From assembly GCA_965221775.1 (NCBI GenBank), contig CBDCSU010000006.1, positions 2,432,001 through 2,496,000 on the forward strand: 64,000 bases of DNA, read 5' to 3'. Position 1 is the first letter of the stretch. Each line of letters begins with the position of its first letter. The notes under the pieces are model-generated. The model saw nothing but the letters and a program-made list of their open reading frames with translations, had not been told where the DNA came from and searched no databases. Shown here piece after piece: positions 48,405 to 58,375 of this stretch. The translations under genes were made by a program, and so were the position numbers. The DNA is from Candidatus Latescibacterota bacterium (GTDB taxonomy: Bacteria; Latescibacterota; UBA2968; UBA8231).

Positions 48405-49550
48405 TCAGCGCACCTTGCCGCGGGCGGCCACGGGCCACACGGCCTCGAGCCGGCCGCCGCGCACGGCGTAGAGGTCGTCGTAGAGGTTGACGGTGGTGCA
48501 GCCGTGGCCGGGGATGAACTCGATCACGTCGCCGCACTCCAGGTGGCAGTCCCCTCCCTTGGCGCGCAGCCGGCCGTGCTCCTCCGACAGGGACTCGCAC
48601 TCCAGGTGGCGCAGGCCCTGCGGGTCCCAGCCGACCTCCACGCCCTCCCGCGACGGCAGCTTGACGAGGGGGAAGCCGTGCTCGGGGGTCGCCGCCTTGA
48701 GGCCGGCGTCGGTGATCACCTGCTCCGGCGTGGGCCGGCTGGTGACCGTGGTGAGCACGGTCATGGCGTTGCGGAAGCCGAGGCCGAGGCGGCCGTAGGC
48801 GGCGTCCATGAGCGCGTAGGAGCCGGCCTGCACCTCGGTGACGGCGTCGTAGGTGGTGCTCACGTAGTAGTCGCCGGTGGCCGAGGTGCTGACGATCTCC
48901 ACGGGCAGGCCGTCGGCCTTCACCCGGCCGGCGCAGTCGGAGAGCCGCTGCAGGCACTCGCGGGCGCCGGACTCGCGTTCCCCGGCGTCCTCCAGGGCGA
49001 CGATGTGGCCTTGGTATCCCATGAGGCCGGCGAAGCGCAGGTGCTCGGCGCGGTGGGCGGCGCGGCACAGCTCCAGGGCCTCGTCGGAGCTGGCCAGCAC
49101 GCCGCAGCGGTTGTGGCCGATGTTGACCTCCACCAGGATCCGCGGGGTGACGCCGGCGGCGCCGGCGGCGGCGTCGAGGTCGGCGAGGTTGTCGGGGTGG
49201 TCGACGGCGGCCATGATGTCGCAGCGGCGGGCCAGGGTCATGAGGCGTTCCACCTTGCGGCGGCCCACGACCTCGTTGGCGATGAGCACGTCGTCGATGC
49301 CGGCCTCGGCCATGACCTCGGCCTCGCCGACCTTGGCGCAGGTGACGCCGATGGCGCCGGCCTGCAGCTGCATGTGGGCGATGGCGGGGGTCTTGTGGGA
49401 CTTGGTGTGGGGGCGCAGGTGCTTGCCCGCGGCCTCGAAGTGGCCGGCGAGCTTCCTGATGTTGAACTCCAGGTCGTCGAGATCGACCAGCAGGGCGGGG
49501 GTGTCGATCTCGGCGACGGGCATGCCGATGTACTCTTCGGGGCTCACCAT
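48405..49550 (-). CDS. PLP fold-type III enzyme (D-threonine aldolase / DSD1-like)
   Basis: DTPALLVD, RPHTKSHK, GLMGYQGH, DAGLK, SEEHG, PGHGCTTVN. Confidence 0.9.
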   Translation of the reverse strand: MVSPEEYIGMPVAEIDTPALLVDLDDLEFNIRKLAGHFEAAGKHLRPHTKSHKTPAIAHMQLQAGAIGVTCAKVGEAEVMAEAGIDDVLIANEVVGRRKVERLMTLARRCDIMAAVDHPDNLADLDAAAGAAGVTPRILVEVNIGHNRCGVLASSDEALELCRAAHRAEHLRFAGLMGYQGHIVALEDAGERESGARECLQRLSDCAGRVKADGLPVEIVSTSATGDYYVSTTYDAVTEVQAGSYALMDAAYGRLGLGFRNAMTVLTTVTSRPTPEQVITDAGLKAATPEHGFPLVKLPSREGVEVGWDPQGLRHLECESLSEEHGRLRAKGGDCHLECGDVIEFIPGHGCTTVNLYDDLYAVRGGRLEAVWPVAARGKVR

Positions 49551-50800
49551 TCCAGCAGATCGTTCCTTTCGTCGAAACTCATGTCAGCGGGTTTCTCCAG
49601 CACGGACAGGTCGGGGCGCGCTTCCACCTCCCTGGCGTAGGCCTCGGAAACCAGCAGCTCGCCGAGGTGCAGGGTGTTGCGGATGCGCAGGACCTTCGCC
49701 TTCGCGGGCTCCACGAACCCGACGGTGGTCAGGGCCTGTTCCAGGCACTCGCGGTCGGTGGGGAAGTGGACGGGCACGGCGGCGCCGGAGGGGGAGTTCC
49801 CCGTCATGCAGTTGATGACGGTGGCGTTCACGTCCATGGCGTCGACGAGGCGCTGGTGGCAGTACTCGGCCATGCCGATGCCGGCGGCGTTGCCGTGGGT
49901 CTCCGGGGTCAGGCCGCGGACGAAGATGCGCGTCACCTTGGGGAACTCCTTGGCGGCGGCGCAGTGGTCGTAGTACTTGCGCCCCACCACGTTGGTGTCC
50001 ATGCCGGAGCCGGAGATGTTCTTGCCCATCTGGTCGACGATGAGCAGGTCGACCTGGTCGAAGGGCAGGCGCGGCATCCACTGCTTGGCCAGGACCAGCA
50101 GCTCCTTCTCACGCTCGACGAACCGGTCGGGGGGCACGGCGTCGATCGCGGCCGTCCGGTCGTACTGGTTCTCGACGATGGCCAGCCCGAAGAGGACCCG
50201 GCACTTGTCGATCACCTCCTGGCCGACGGCGCGGACGATGCGGTCGAAGGAGTACTGGACGATCGCCTGGTGGTAGACGGCGGCGCCCCGGTGCTTGCCC
50301 AGGCCGATGAGCATCATCTTGTGCAGGCCGGACTCGATCTCGCCCACGAACCCGGTGTGGGGCTTGACCCGCCCGGCGACGACCACGTGGTCGGCCTCGC
50401 TGGCGTACCTGTCGAAGTAGACGGGCACCTCGCCCTCGACGGTGCCGACCTGGACGACCTCCATGGTCGAGCGGATCGGGCAGCCGACGAACTCCTCGGT
50501 CACGCCGTAGCTCTCGACGATCTCGCGCTGGCCCTCGGCGGTGCCGCCGCCGTGGCTGCCCATGGCCGGCACGATGAAGGGCTCGGCGCCGAGCTCCTTC
50601 AGGGCCTCCACCATGGCGCGGGTGATGACGGCGATGTTGTTGACGCCGCGGCTGCCCACGGTGACGGCCACCGAGTCGCCCCGGGCCACCTTGCGGGACA
50701 GGTCCAGCGTTTCGATGCGCTCCTTCACGGTGCCGGGGATGTCCCCGATCTCCGGCGCTTCGAAGTGCTGGCGCACCTTCATCATCCTTGGGAATGGCAT
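49544..50800 (-). CDS. Lactate racemase (LarA)-like domain protein
   Basis: GSRG, PAMGSHGG, RVKPHT, GKNISGSGMD. Confidence 0.75.
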   Translation of the reverse strand: MPFPRMMKVRQHFEAPEIGDIPGTVKERIETLDLSRKVARGDSVAVTVGSRGVNNIAVITRAMVEALKELGAEPFIVPAMGSHGGGTAEGQREIVESYGVTEEFVGCPIRSTMEVVQVGTVEGEVPVYFDRYASEADHVVVAGRVKPHTGFVGEIESGLHKMMLIGLGKHRGAAVYHQAIVQYSFDRIVRAVGQEVIDKCRVLFGLAIVENQYDRTAAIDAVPPDRFVEREKELLVLAKQWMPRLPFDQVDLLIVDQMGKNISGSGMDTNVVGRKYYDHCAAAKEFPKVTRIFVRGLTPETHGNAAGIGMAEYCHQRLVDAMDVNATVINCMTGNSPSGAAVPVHFPTDRECLEQALTTVGFVEPAKAKVLRIRNTLHLGELLVSEAYAREVEARPDLSVLEKPADMSFDERNDLLEW

Positions 50801-50813
50801 GGTTCCTCCAGGG

Positions 50814-51977
50814 TCAGAGTCCGCAGGACTTGCGGAACAGCTCTTCCATGTCTGACAAGGTCGTCTTGCGCGGGTTCACCTGCACGTTGCCGCTGCGCAT
50901 GGCGGCCTCCGCCAGGCCCTCGATGTCCGGGTCCTCGACGCCGGCGCCGCACAGGTGCCCGGGGATGCCGAGGTCCTCGTTGAGGCGGCGCACCGCCTCC
51001 ACCGCCAGGCAGGCGGCGTCGTAGTCCCCGTGGCCCTCGGTATCCTCGCCGAGGGCGGCGGCGACGGCGGCGAACTCGGGGATCCGCGCCTGCAGGTTGT
51101 ACTCCATCACGTGGGGCAGGATGACGGCGTTGGCCAGGCCGTGGTGAACGCCGTGGCGGGCGCCGACGGGATGGGACATGGCGTGCACGTTGCCGAGGCG
51201 AGTCTGGGAGAAGGCCAGGCCCGCCAGGCAGCTGGCGATCAGCATGTTCCCGGTCGCCTCGAGCTCGTGGTCGTTGGCGCAGGCCCGGCGCAGGTTGCCG
51301 CCGATCAGCTCGATGGCGCCCAGGGCGAGGCCCTCGGTGAAGGGCGTGGAGAGCAGGCTGGTGTACGACTCGAGGGCGTGGGTCAGGGCGTCCATGCCCG
51401 TGGGGCCGCCCACGGAAGCGGGCAGGGCGACGGCCAGCTCCGGGTCGAGGACGGCCGCCCGGGGCGCGATGCGCCAGCTGATGACGGGCTCCTTGTTGCG
51501 CGTCCGCGGGTGGGTGAGCACGGCGAAGGGGGTCACCTCGCTGCCGGTGCCGTAGGTGGTGGGCACGCAGACCAGGGGCGGCAGCTCGCGGACGACCTTG
51601 TCCAAGTAGCCGATGTAGCTGCCGATGCGGCCGCCGTGGCTGACGATGACGCCGACCATCTTGGCCACGTCCATGGGGGAGCCGCCGCCGACGCCGAGGA
51701 GGGCCCCGCAGCCGTCGCGTCCGTAGAGGCGGGCCCCCGAGGAGACGTTGCGGGCCACGGGATTGGCGGTGACGTCGGTGAACAACGCCCACGCTACGCC
51801 GGCGTCGTCGAGGGTGGAGGTGACGCGCTCGACCACGCCGGCCTTCTCCAGGCCCCGGTCGGAGACGACGAGGACCTTCTCGCCCTCGGGCAGGAGCTCG
51901 GGCACGCGGGCGACCGAGCCGGCCCCGTGGACGACGCGGGTCGGAGAGCGGAAGTCGAAACTGTTCGGAAGGGCCAT
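50814..51977 (-). CDS. Iron-containing alcohol dehydrogenase
   Basis: GGGSPMD, PTTYGTGSE, GMDALTHALE, HAMSH, HGLAN. Confidence 0.93.
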   Translation of the reverse strand: MALPNSFDFRSPTRVVHGAGSVARVPELLPEGEKVLVVSDRGLEKAGVVERVTSTLDDAGVAWALFTDVTANPVARNVSSGARLYGRDGCGALLGVGGGSPMDVAKMVGVIVSHGGRIGSYIGYLDKVVRELPPLVCVPTTYGTGSEVTPFAVLTHPRTRNKEPVISWRIAPRAAVLDPELAVALPASVGGPTGMDALTHALESYTSLLSTPFTEGLALGAIELIGGNLRRACANDHELEATGNMLIASCLAGLAFSQTRLGNVHAMSHPVGARHGVHHGLANAVILPHVMEYNLQARIPEFAAVAAALGEDTEGHGDYDAACLAVEAVRRLNEDLGIPGHLCGAGVEDPDIEGLAEAAMRSGNVQVNPRKTTLSDMEELFRKSCGL

Positions 51978-52137
51978 CGCCGGCCGGAAGCGTTGGGGTT
52001 GGGAGGGGCGAAGGTAGGGGGGACCGGATGGGCGGGCAAGGACGGGACGCCTTAGACTAGGCGCCGAGGCCCTGTCCCCGAAGGCCGCGGTTCCGAGCGT
52101 GCCCACGGACGCCGGCGGGACTCTGTGACGACCTCCT

Positions 52138-53784
52138 GTGATCGGCTCCCTCCGCAACCGCCGCGTGCTGCTGTGCCTGCTGGCCTCGCTGGCGGTGCAC
52201 ATGCTCTTCCTCTGGGCTTACCAGCGCTGGGCGGCCGAACGGGTGCTGCAAGTGCTGCGCCCGGCGCGCTTCGAGCTGGCCCCGGCCCTGGAGCCGCAGC
52301 GCTTCGAGCCGGCGCCGCGCGCCTCGGTGCCCGATGTGGTGATGGAGCAGTTGCGCCTGGCGGAGCTGATGGAGGCGCCTCTGCCCGAGGACGCGGCGGC
52401 GGTGCCGTCGGTGGGGCTGGAGGGCCTGGCGCCGCAGCCGGGCCTGGAGGACGATCCCGGGCTGAAACCCGACATCCTGCCGGGGGACACCCTCTCCTAC
52501 GAAGACGCCCTCACCGACCTCTACCGCCGCAAGCTCGTGGAGCTGCACGGGCGCCGCATCCGGGTGCTGCCCCTGGCCGACACCACCTCCGAGGCCGGGC
52601 GCCGCCGCAGCCGGGCCCGGGAGATCATCAACCGCGCCATCGAGGCCATGGGCGGGCTCGAGCGGCTGCAGGCGATCCGGGACAAGACGGTCCGGGTCGA
52701 GAGGTGGGACAGCGAACGACAGGTCTGGCATCCGATGGACGTGCGCTCCTACCTGCGCGGCCGGCGCTACCGCGTCGACACCGCTCCTGATGTGGCGCGG
52801 GGACACGACGGCCGGCAGAGCTGGTACCTGCGCTACGGACTGCTCCTGCCCCCCCGGGACGAGAGCTACAACGCCGAGCGCTGGGACTTCCTGTCGCGGT
52901 TCCGCGGCGACGGCGTGATCGTCGAGTACGTGGGCCACCGGGAGATGCAGTTCCGGACCCTGGCAGCGGTGCGCGTCATCGACACGAAGTTCGGCCGCCA
53001 GCGCCTCGCCTACTTCGACCCGGGCGACAGCCTGCTTCACGCCGAAGTGGAGGGCGGCCGAACGACCACCTACAGGCAGTACCGGGAGACCGGAGGCGTG
53101 CTGACGCCCTTCGAGGTCCTGGTCGGGCAAGTCTCCTCATTTCGAGTCGCTCGCTACCGCTGGCTCACCGAGTTGAACACGGGTCTGACCGAGGACCTGT
53201 TCGGGGTGCCGGAGGAGGTTTCCTGGGAGCCGGAGTGGGTGCGGATCGTGGTCTTCGAGCACGCTCCCGTGCCGCCGGGAGGTCCCGCCGCGCTGCGCCT
53301 TCAGGTGGAGGATCTGGCCCAGGGGGAGGTCCCGTCCGACGATCCGCGGGCCGTGGCGATGCAGGGGCGGGTCGTCGGGGGCGTTCCCTGGCTCGGCTCC
53401 TTCGACACGCACCTGCTGGACACCTACATGAAGAAGAAGGTGCAGGCGGCCGGCGTACTGGCCGGTACGGATCCCCCGGAGTGGCGGCTAACCTGGCGGG
53501 TGGAGGAGTTCTGGATCAAACCCCCGGGCGAGCCACGGCAGTATGTGACGCTGAAGATCGCCGTGGAGGTACAGAGCCTGCGGGACGACGGCCTGTGGGT
53601 GGGAGCGTGGAGCGACCGCTGGCTCCTCGCGGGGCCCGCCATCGACAAGGACCGCGCCGACGCCGTCACGAACGAGGTGCTCCTCCTGGCCTCGGCGGGC
53701 ATCAGGCAGCTCCTCGACGCCCGCGCCGCCGCGGCTCAGCCGGCGTCGACTCCGAGCGCCGGAAGCAGCTCCGGCAGCGAGTAG
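52138..53784 (+). CDS. Hypothetical membrane-anchored protein (TonB-like anchor, possible LolA-like domain)
   Basis: ASLAVH TM segment, Pro/acid-rich linker, IINRAIEAMGGLERLQAI. Confidence 0.6.
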   Translation: MIGSLRNRRVLLCLLASLAVHMLFLWAYQRWAAERVLQVLRPARFELAPALEPQRFEPAPRASVPDVVMEQLRLAELMEAPLPEDAAAVPSVGLEGLAPQPGLEDDPGLKPDILPGDTLSYEDALTDLYRRKLVELHGRRIRVLPLADTTSEAGRRRSRAREIINRAIEAMGGLERLQAIRDKTVRVERWDSERQVWHPMDVRSYLRGRRYRVDTAPDVARGHDGRQSWYLRYGLLLPPRDESYNAERWDFLSRFRGDGVIVEYVGHREMQFRTLAAVRVIDTKFGRQRLAYFDPGDSLLHAEVEGGRTTTYRQYRETGGVLTPFEVLVGQVSSFRVARYRWLTELNTGLTEDLFGVPEEVSWEPEWVRIVVFEHAPVPPGGPAALRLQVEDLAQGEVPSDDPRAVAMQGRVVGGVPWLGSFDTHLLDTYMKKKVQAAGVLAGTDPPEWRLTWRVEEFWIKPPGEPRQYVTLKIAVEVQSLRDDGLWVGAWSDRWLLAGPAIDKDRADAVTNEVLLLASAGIRQLLDARAAAAQPASTPSAGSSSGSE

Positions 53785-54323
53785 ATCACGGGACCGTCTC
53801 CGTTCTCGCCGTCCCCGTGGTTGTCCAGGTGCACGTAGGGAACGCCCGCGGCCTCCGAGGCCATGCGGTCGTAGCGCCCGTCGCCGACGAAGACCGCCTC
53901 GCCGGCGGCCACGCCGAGCCGTTCCAGGGCCAGCCACAGCAGGTCCGGGGCCGGCTTCAGCACTCCGTCCTCCCGGCAGAGCATCACGTCGAAGCTCAGC
54001 CCGAAGGTTGTCACCACCATCTCCATGGCCTCGCGGTGGTTGTTGGTGATCAGGGCGCGTCTGAGGGGCAGGCGGTCCAGCCCCTCGAACAGCTCCGCCA
54101 GCCCCTCGTTGGGGGCCGCGGCCACGGCCGCCTCCAGCTCGGTCTCGCGGACCATGCCGTCGGCGCGGCGGGCCTCGTCGGGCGGCAGCGCGTAGATGTG
54201 CTCCATGATGCCGGTGCCCTCGGGCACGCCGACGCGCGCGCGCAGGGTCTTCCAGTCGATGTGAGGGACGGTCAGGGTGCCGTCCATGTCGAAGAGGATC
54301 GCCTGCAGATTGTCGTTTCTCAT
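53736..54323 (-). CDS. HAD-family hydrolase
   Basis: FDMDGTL, ITNN, KPAP, FVGD. Confidence 0.9.
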   Translation of the reverse strand: MRNDNLQAILFDMDGTLTVPHIDWKTLRARVGVPEGTGIMEHIYALPPDEARRADGMVRETELEAAVAAAPNEGLAELFEGLDRLPLRRALITNNHREAMEMVVTTFGLSFDVMLCREDGVLKPAPDLLWLALERLGVAAGEAVFVGDGRYDRMASEAAGVPYVHLDNHGDGENGDGPVIYSLPELLPALGVDAG

Positions 54324-54583
54324 GCCGCCTAAGTTGCGCCCCGGGGCCGTGGAGGGACAGGGCCGGCAGGGCCAGCCGGAAGGAGGCCGCCGCGGTTCGG
54401 GCCGCGGTTTGCGTCCCCGAGGCCGCGGTCCGTGCGTAGGCCGGAGGCACCGACGCCAGCGCCGGGGGCATCATGAAGCTGGTCCACGTCCGCACCGCCG
54501 CCGCTCAGCCGGGCGCGACTCCGGCCGCCGTCGGCTAACAACCCCGGCAGCGACCAGGCCACGGGACCATCGACTCCGGGAGG

Positions 54584-55654
54584 ATGTCCATGCGAAGACG
54601 AGTACTGGGCCGCACGGGCCTGCAGGTCAGCGAGATCGCCATCGGGGGCATCGGGCCCATGGGCAAGTACGGCCCGGTCGCCGCCGACGGCACCTCCCCA
54701 CGTGACCCGGGCCGGCCAACGGGTACCTACCGCGGCAACCCCCACTTCGAGGTCGCGCCCGAGGGATTCGCCCGCACCATGGCGCGCGCCGAGGAGCTGG
54801 GCGTCAACCTCCTCGACACGGCGCCCTCCTACGGCCGCAGCGAGGAGGTCTTCGGCCACTACCTGCGCGACCCCGCCCGCCGCAGGAACTGGGTGGTGTG
54901 CACCAAGACCGGCGTCTGCGGCAGCATGGGCGACGGCGAGGCCCTGCGCGGCGACGAGATTGCCGCCCAGGCCGAGGCCAGCCTCGCGCGGCTGCAGATC
55001 GACGAGATCGACCTCCTCCTCATCCACAGCGTCGACCAGTACGGCGAAGGTCCGCGCGCCGTGGAGCGGATCATCCGCTCCGGCATGGTGGAGGCCCTGG
55101 AGCGGCTGAAAGCGGCGGGCAAGATCCGGCACTACGGGGTCAGCGGCATGCTGCCCGAGCTGACCGCGGCCGTCCGCACGGGGCTCTTCGACGTGGCCCT
55201 CACCTACAACACCCACAACCTGCTGGTCCGCGACGCGGAGAAGGAGTTCCTGCCCGTGGCGGCGGAGCAGAACCTGGGCGTGCTGCTCGCCGGCGTCTTT
55301 CACGGCGGTCTGCTCTCGGGAGACGCGGCCTGCCAGTCCCTGACGGCGATCGAGCGGTTCTACGAGAAGGGTGACCCGGGGCTCCACGAGACCACCCGGA
55401 TCCTCGAGGGCGCGCGCAGGCTGCAGGAGTTCGCCGGAGGGAGCGCTTCCGACCTGCGCCGCCTCGGCATCCGCTTCGCCCTGTCGAACCCGGAGGTCTC
55501 GTCCATCGTCTCGGGGATCCGCAGCATCGCCGAGATCGAGGAGAACGTGTCCGCCGCCTCCCAGGGTCCGCTCTCCGATGACGAGCTGGCCCGGCTCGCG
55601 GAGGTCACCGTGGACCTGCCCGAGATCACCTGGCGGTCCCCGGCCGCGGCATGA
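54584..55654 (+). CDS. Aldo/keto reductase
   Basis: LGRTGLQVSEI, LDTAPSYG, CTKTG, SLARLQIDEIDLLLIH. Confidence 0.92.
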   Translation: MSMRRRVLGRTGLQVSEIAIGGIGPMGKYGPVAADGTSPRDPGRPTGTYRGNPHFEVAPEGFARTMARAEELGVNLLDTAPSYGRSEEVFGHYLRDPARRRNWVVCTKTGVCGSMGDGEALRGDEIAAQAEASLARLQIDEIDLLLIHSVDQYGEGPRAVERIIRSGMVEALERLKAAGKIRHYGVSGMLPELTAAVRTGLFDVALTYNTHNLLVRDAEKEFLPVAAEQNLGVLLAGVFHGGLLSGDAACQSLTAIERFYEKGDPGLHETTRILEGARRLQEFAGGSASDLRRLGIRFALSNPEVSSIVSGIRSIAEIEENVSAASQGPLSDDELARLAEVTVDLPEITWRSPAAA

Positions 55655-55997
55655 GCATGGGACGCATAGGCAAGCTGGAGGCCTTGCGGAAGCGCTTCGA
55701 GGAGGGCAGCGTCCGCTTCTTCGCCAGGCACGGCGTGAGGCTCCACGGCTTCTTCGAGATCGGCGAGGTCCCGGCGGAGGCGGTGGCCGAGCACTCCGCC
55801 GGCGGTATCGTGCGGCCCACCGCCGGCACCCGGTTCGGGCGCGACGAGGTGGCCAGCGCGACGCCGTCTGGCGGCGGTTCGTCGCCGACCCCGAGTGGCA
55901 TGCCCTGCGCGCCGAGAGCGAGGAGCGCCACGGCGCCATCGTCGCGGAGGAGTGCACGGTCATCCTGACGCCGGGGGCCTGCTCGCCGATGCAGTAG
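55651..55997 (+). pseudogene. NIPSNAP-family remnant with a frameshifting deletion near 55854
   Basis: GKLEALRKRF...FARHG in one frame; RDAVWRRFVADPEW...LTPGACSPMQ in another. Confidence 0.75.
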
Positions 55998-56244
55998 TGG
56001 GGGATCTGCGCGTCACCTCTTGTGCCGTTTTCCCCACCCATAGCGCGTAGAATCTCAGGTTGTCCAAGCTCCCAATGCAGGGATCGGCTTGTGGGACTTC
56101 GCTACGTGCGCAACTTCCACGAGGGTGCGCGAATCAGTTTGGACCTGATTCTACCGAGCTTGGAGCAATCTCAAGAGTTTGGACCCCTCAAGATACCTGC
56201 GATACCGCACGTTCGGTTGCACGCCTCATGGAGTTGCTTACCAG

Positions 56245-57006
56245 CTACTCTGCCTCACAAGGGTCGTTACTGGTATCGTTAGACTCTCCCGATGTGGGCT
56301 CTGTAGCGCCTGCTGTCGGGAGTTTCCCTCTTACCTTCTGGAGCATCGCCTCAACGATCAGCAGATCTTCAGGGTCTCGAATGACAAGGGTCGACCTCAT
56401 GCCCGGGCCGGCTATTGTAATGCTGAATTCCCCATCCGGGTCTACCGAGGGCACCGATATATCGGCTGGCTGAACCGCATGCTCCTCGTGATCGGTTTCG
56501 TCATGGTCAGGTGTGAGATCCTCCTCCTCCGACGTGCTGGATTGGACCAGTCTGCCGTCCTCAGTGAGTAGGCCGATTTCCGTGGCCCCTTCGATGAAGT
56601 AACGCCGGATTGCGCTCGCACTTTTCTCGTTGACGTCAAACTCTCGGATCAGGAGTCTCGCCAGGATCTCTCCAGGGAGCTTCTCGCCTCGGAACCGAGT
56701 GAAGACTTGGTTGAACAGAGGAACGTTCAAGAATGCCTGCCGGAGCAAGTTGCGTTTCTCATCCTCACTGTATGCTAGGCGGTACTGGTTGAATTGCTCT
56801 GTCACCGCCAATTCGCCTGACTTGCTGGTGACCAGTCCATACTTGACGGCCGCGCTGATCACAGCCGAGAATGCGCCACCCACCTTCTTCTTCATGCCAT
56901 CGGCGCAAGTCTGGACTGTACATCTGCCTCCAAGGCTAGAGACGGCTTCGGCTAGCTCGAGTGCGTCACGAAGCGACCTCCTGGGGTACTCTATTACTTT
57001 CGGCAT
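56245..57006 (-). CDS. Hypothetical protein, probable tandem winged-helix fold; lower GC
   Basis: YPRRSLRDALE...AAVKYGLV...LAVTE, acidic linker; atypical codon usage. Confidence 0.7.
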   Translation of the reverse strand: MPKVIEYPRRSLRDALELAEAVSSLGGRCTVQTCADGMKKKVGGAFSAVISAAVKYGLVTSKSGELAVTEQFNQYRLAYSEDEKRNLLRQAFLNVPLFNQVFTRFRGEKLPGEILARLLIREFDVNEKSASAIRRYFIEGATEIGLLTEDGRLVQSSTSEEEDLTPDHDETDHEEHAVQPADISVPSVDPDGEFSITIAGPGMRSTLVIRDPEDLLIVEAMLQKVRGKLPTAGATEPTSGESNDTSNDPCEAE

Positions 57007-57453
57007 GCCACGCTGCTCTCCTCGGCAAATATGGGTCCGGCACAAAAGGCAATGAGCGGGAGCTATAAGGAAAGCCTGAGGCGGCTATTGTCAAGGGGGC
57101 CACAAGTCAAAAGATCGGTTTATTTGGACCGAAATTTATATAAGATCCTTGAAAACAACTACTTAATGGATATTTCCATGGGGAGAATATTCCTCATTCA
57201 AGGGCTTCTTCAGAACCTATCTTGGGCAAATGGGCCGTGGTGGAGCAAGTCGAATCGCGCTATTCTTCGACAGTCGGGACTTGGATGGCTCGGCCTATGA
57301 AGACAGGAAGGAGCCCTAAAGGAGAGTTCGTCACACCCCTCTTGGGCCGGACGGGGCGGCGTGACGGTGCGGGGATGGTGGCGCCATTCTGGAGAGAGGT
57401 CGTCGTGCCTCTACTGCAGGTCTGACGCCGATGTCGACTCCCGTCGGCTAAGC

Positions 57454-58257
57454 CTACCCGTAGGCGCCGCTCGGCAGGAAGCCGAGGAGACGGCGGAGCC
57501 GCTCGTCTGCGCCCGCGTACACATGCTCCGGCATCTGGTAGTTCATGAAGGGATGGTACTTGTGGCCGATCACGCGCCGGGCGTAGCTGATCTGGGTGAT
57601 GTAGCGCGTGCGGTCGCTCTGGTTGGGGGCGCCCCGGTGCCAGACCTGGTTGTTGAACATGATCACGCTCCCCGCCGGGCCGACGTTGGAGACCACCCGG
57701 TCCTCGTAGCCGCTGCCCTCCATCGGGTTCGGCGGCCCGGCGCCGATCAGGTGCGAGCGCGGCACGGTCTGGGTGGGCCCGTGCTCGACGGTGTCGACGT
57801 CGGTGAGGTAGTAGTTGCAGGTGAAGAGCAGCACCGGCAGATGGACGTTGTCGGGCGGCTCCCCGTGGGTGACCTCGAAGTGGGGGGGATCGTCCTGGTG
57901 CCAGCCGCTGATGCCGCCGCCGGTGGGCGTGCGGAAGCTGTTGTTGTGGATCACGTGGCAGTCCGGCGCCACCAGGCGCTCGGCGAAGGTGACGATCGGC
58001 TCCAGGTCGAAGAGCCGCAGGTTGGCCGCGCTCGTCTCGAACATGCGGGGGTGGAGCTGCTTCCCGGTCCCCGCCTCGGGGCTGGCGAGAGCGCTCTCGA
58101 GGTCGCGGCGCAGCTCGGCGCACCAGTCGGGCGGCAGCACGTTGCGCAGGAAGAGGCAGCCGTCCCGGTGGAAGCGCTGGATCCAGTCGTTGATGATGCC
58201 GTCGACGGGGGGCTGGTGGGCGAGGCAGGACTGCTCTGTGGACAGTGAAGTGGTCAT
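57454..58257 (-). CDS. Phytanoyl-CoA dioxygenase (PhyH) family protein
   Basis: FHRDGC, WHQD, GPTQTVPRSH, WHRGAPNQSDRTR. Confidence 0.92.
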   Translation of the reverse strand: MTTSLSTEQSCLAHQPPVDGIINDWIQRFHRDGCLFLRNVLPPDWCAELRRDLESALASPEAGTGKQLHPRMFETSAANLRLFDLEPIVTFAERLVAPDCHVIHNNSFRTPTGGGISGWHQDDPPHFEVTHGEPPDNVHLPVLLFTCNYYLTDVDTVEHGPTQTVPRSHLIGAGPPNPMEGSGYEDRVVSNVGPAGSVIMFNNQVWHRGAPNQSDRTRYITQISYARRVIGHKYHPFMNYQMPEHVYAGADERLRRLLGFLPSGAYG

Positions 58258-58375
58258 GGTGTATGGTGTTTCCCCTTGCCAGAGAGTCGGTCGGTGGCTG
58301 CGGGTCCAAGCTAAGCAGGATCGGCGGTTGGGGTCCAACAACCCGCTTTCACGTCATACCAACGAAAGGAATCAC

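Noticed and set aside
57031-57300. 89-aa ORF in the AT-rich region
   Set aside because: No recognisable motif or RBS; better explained as the upstream regulatory region of the minus-strand gene.
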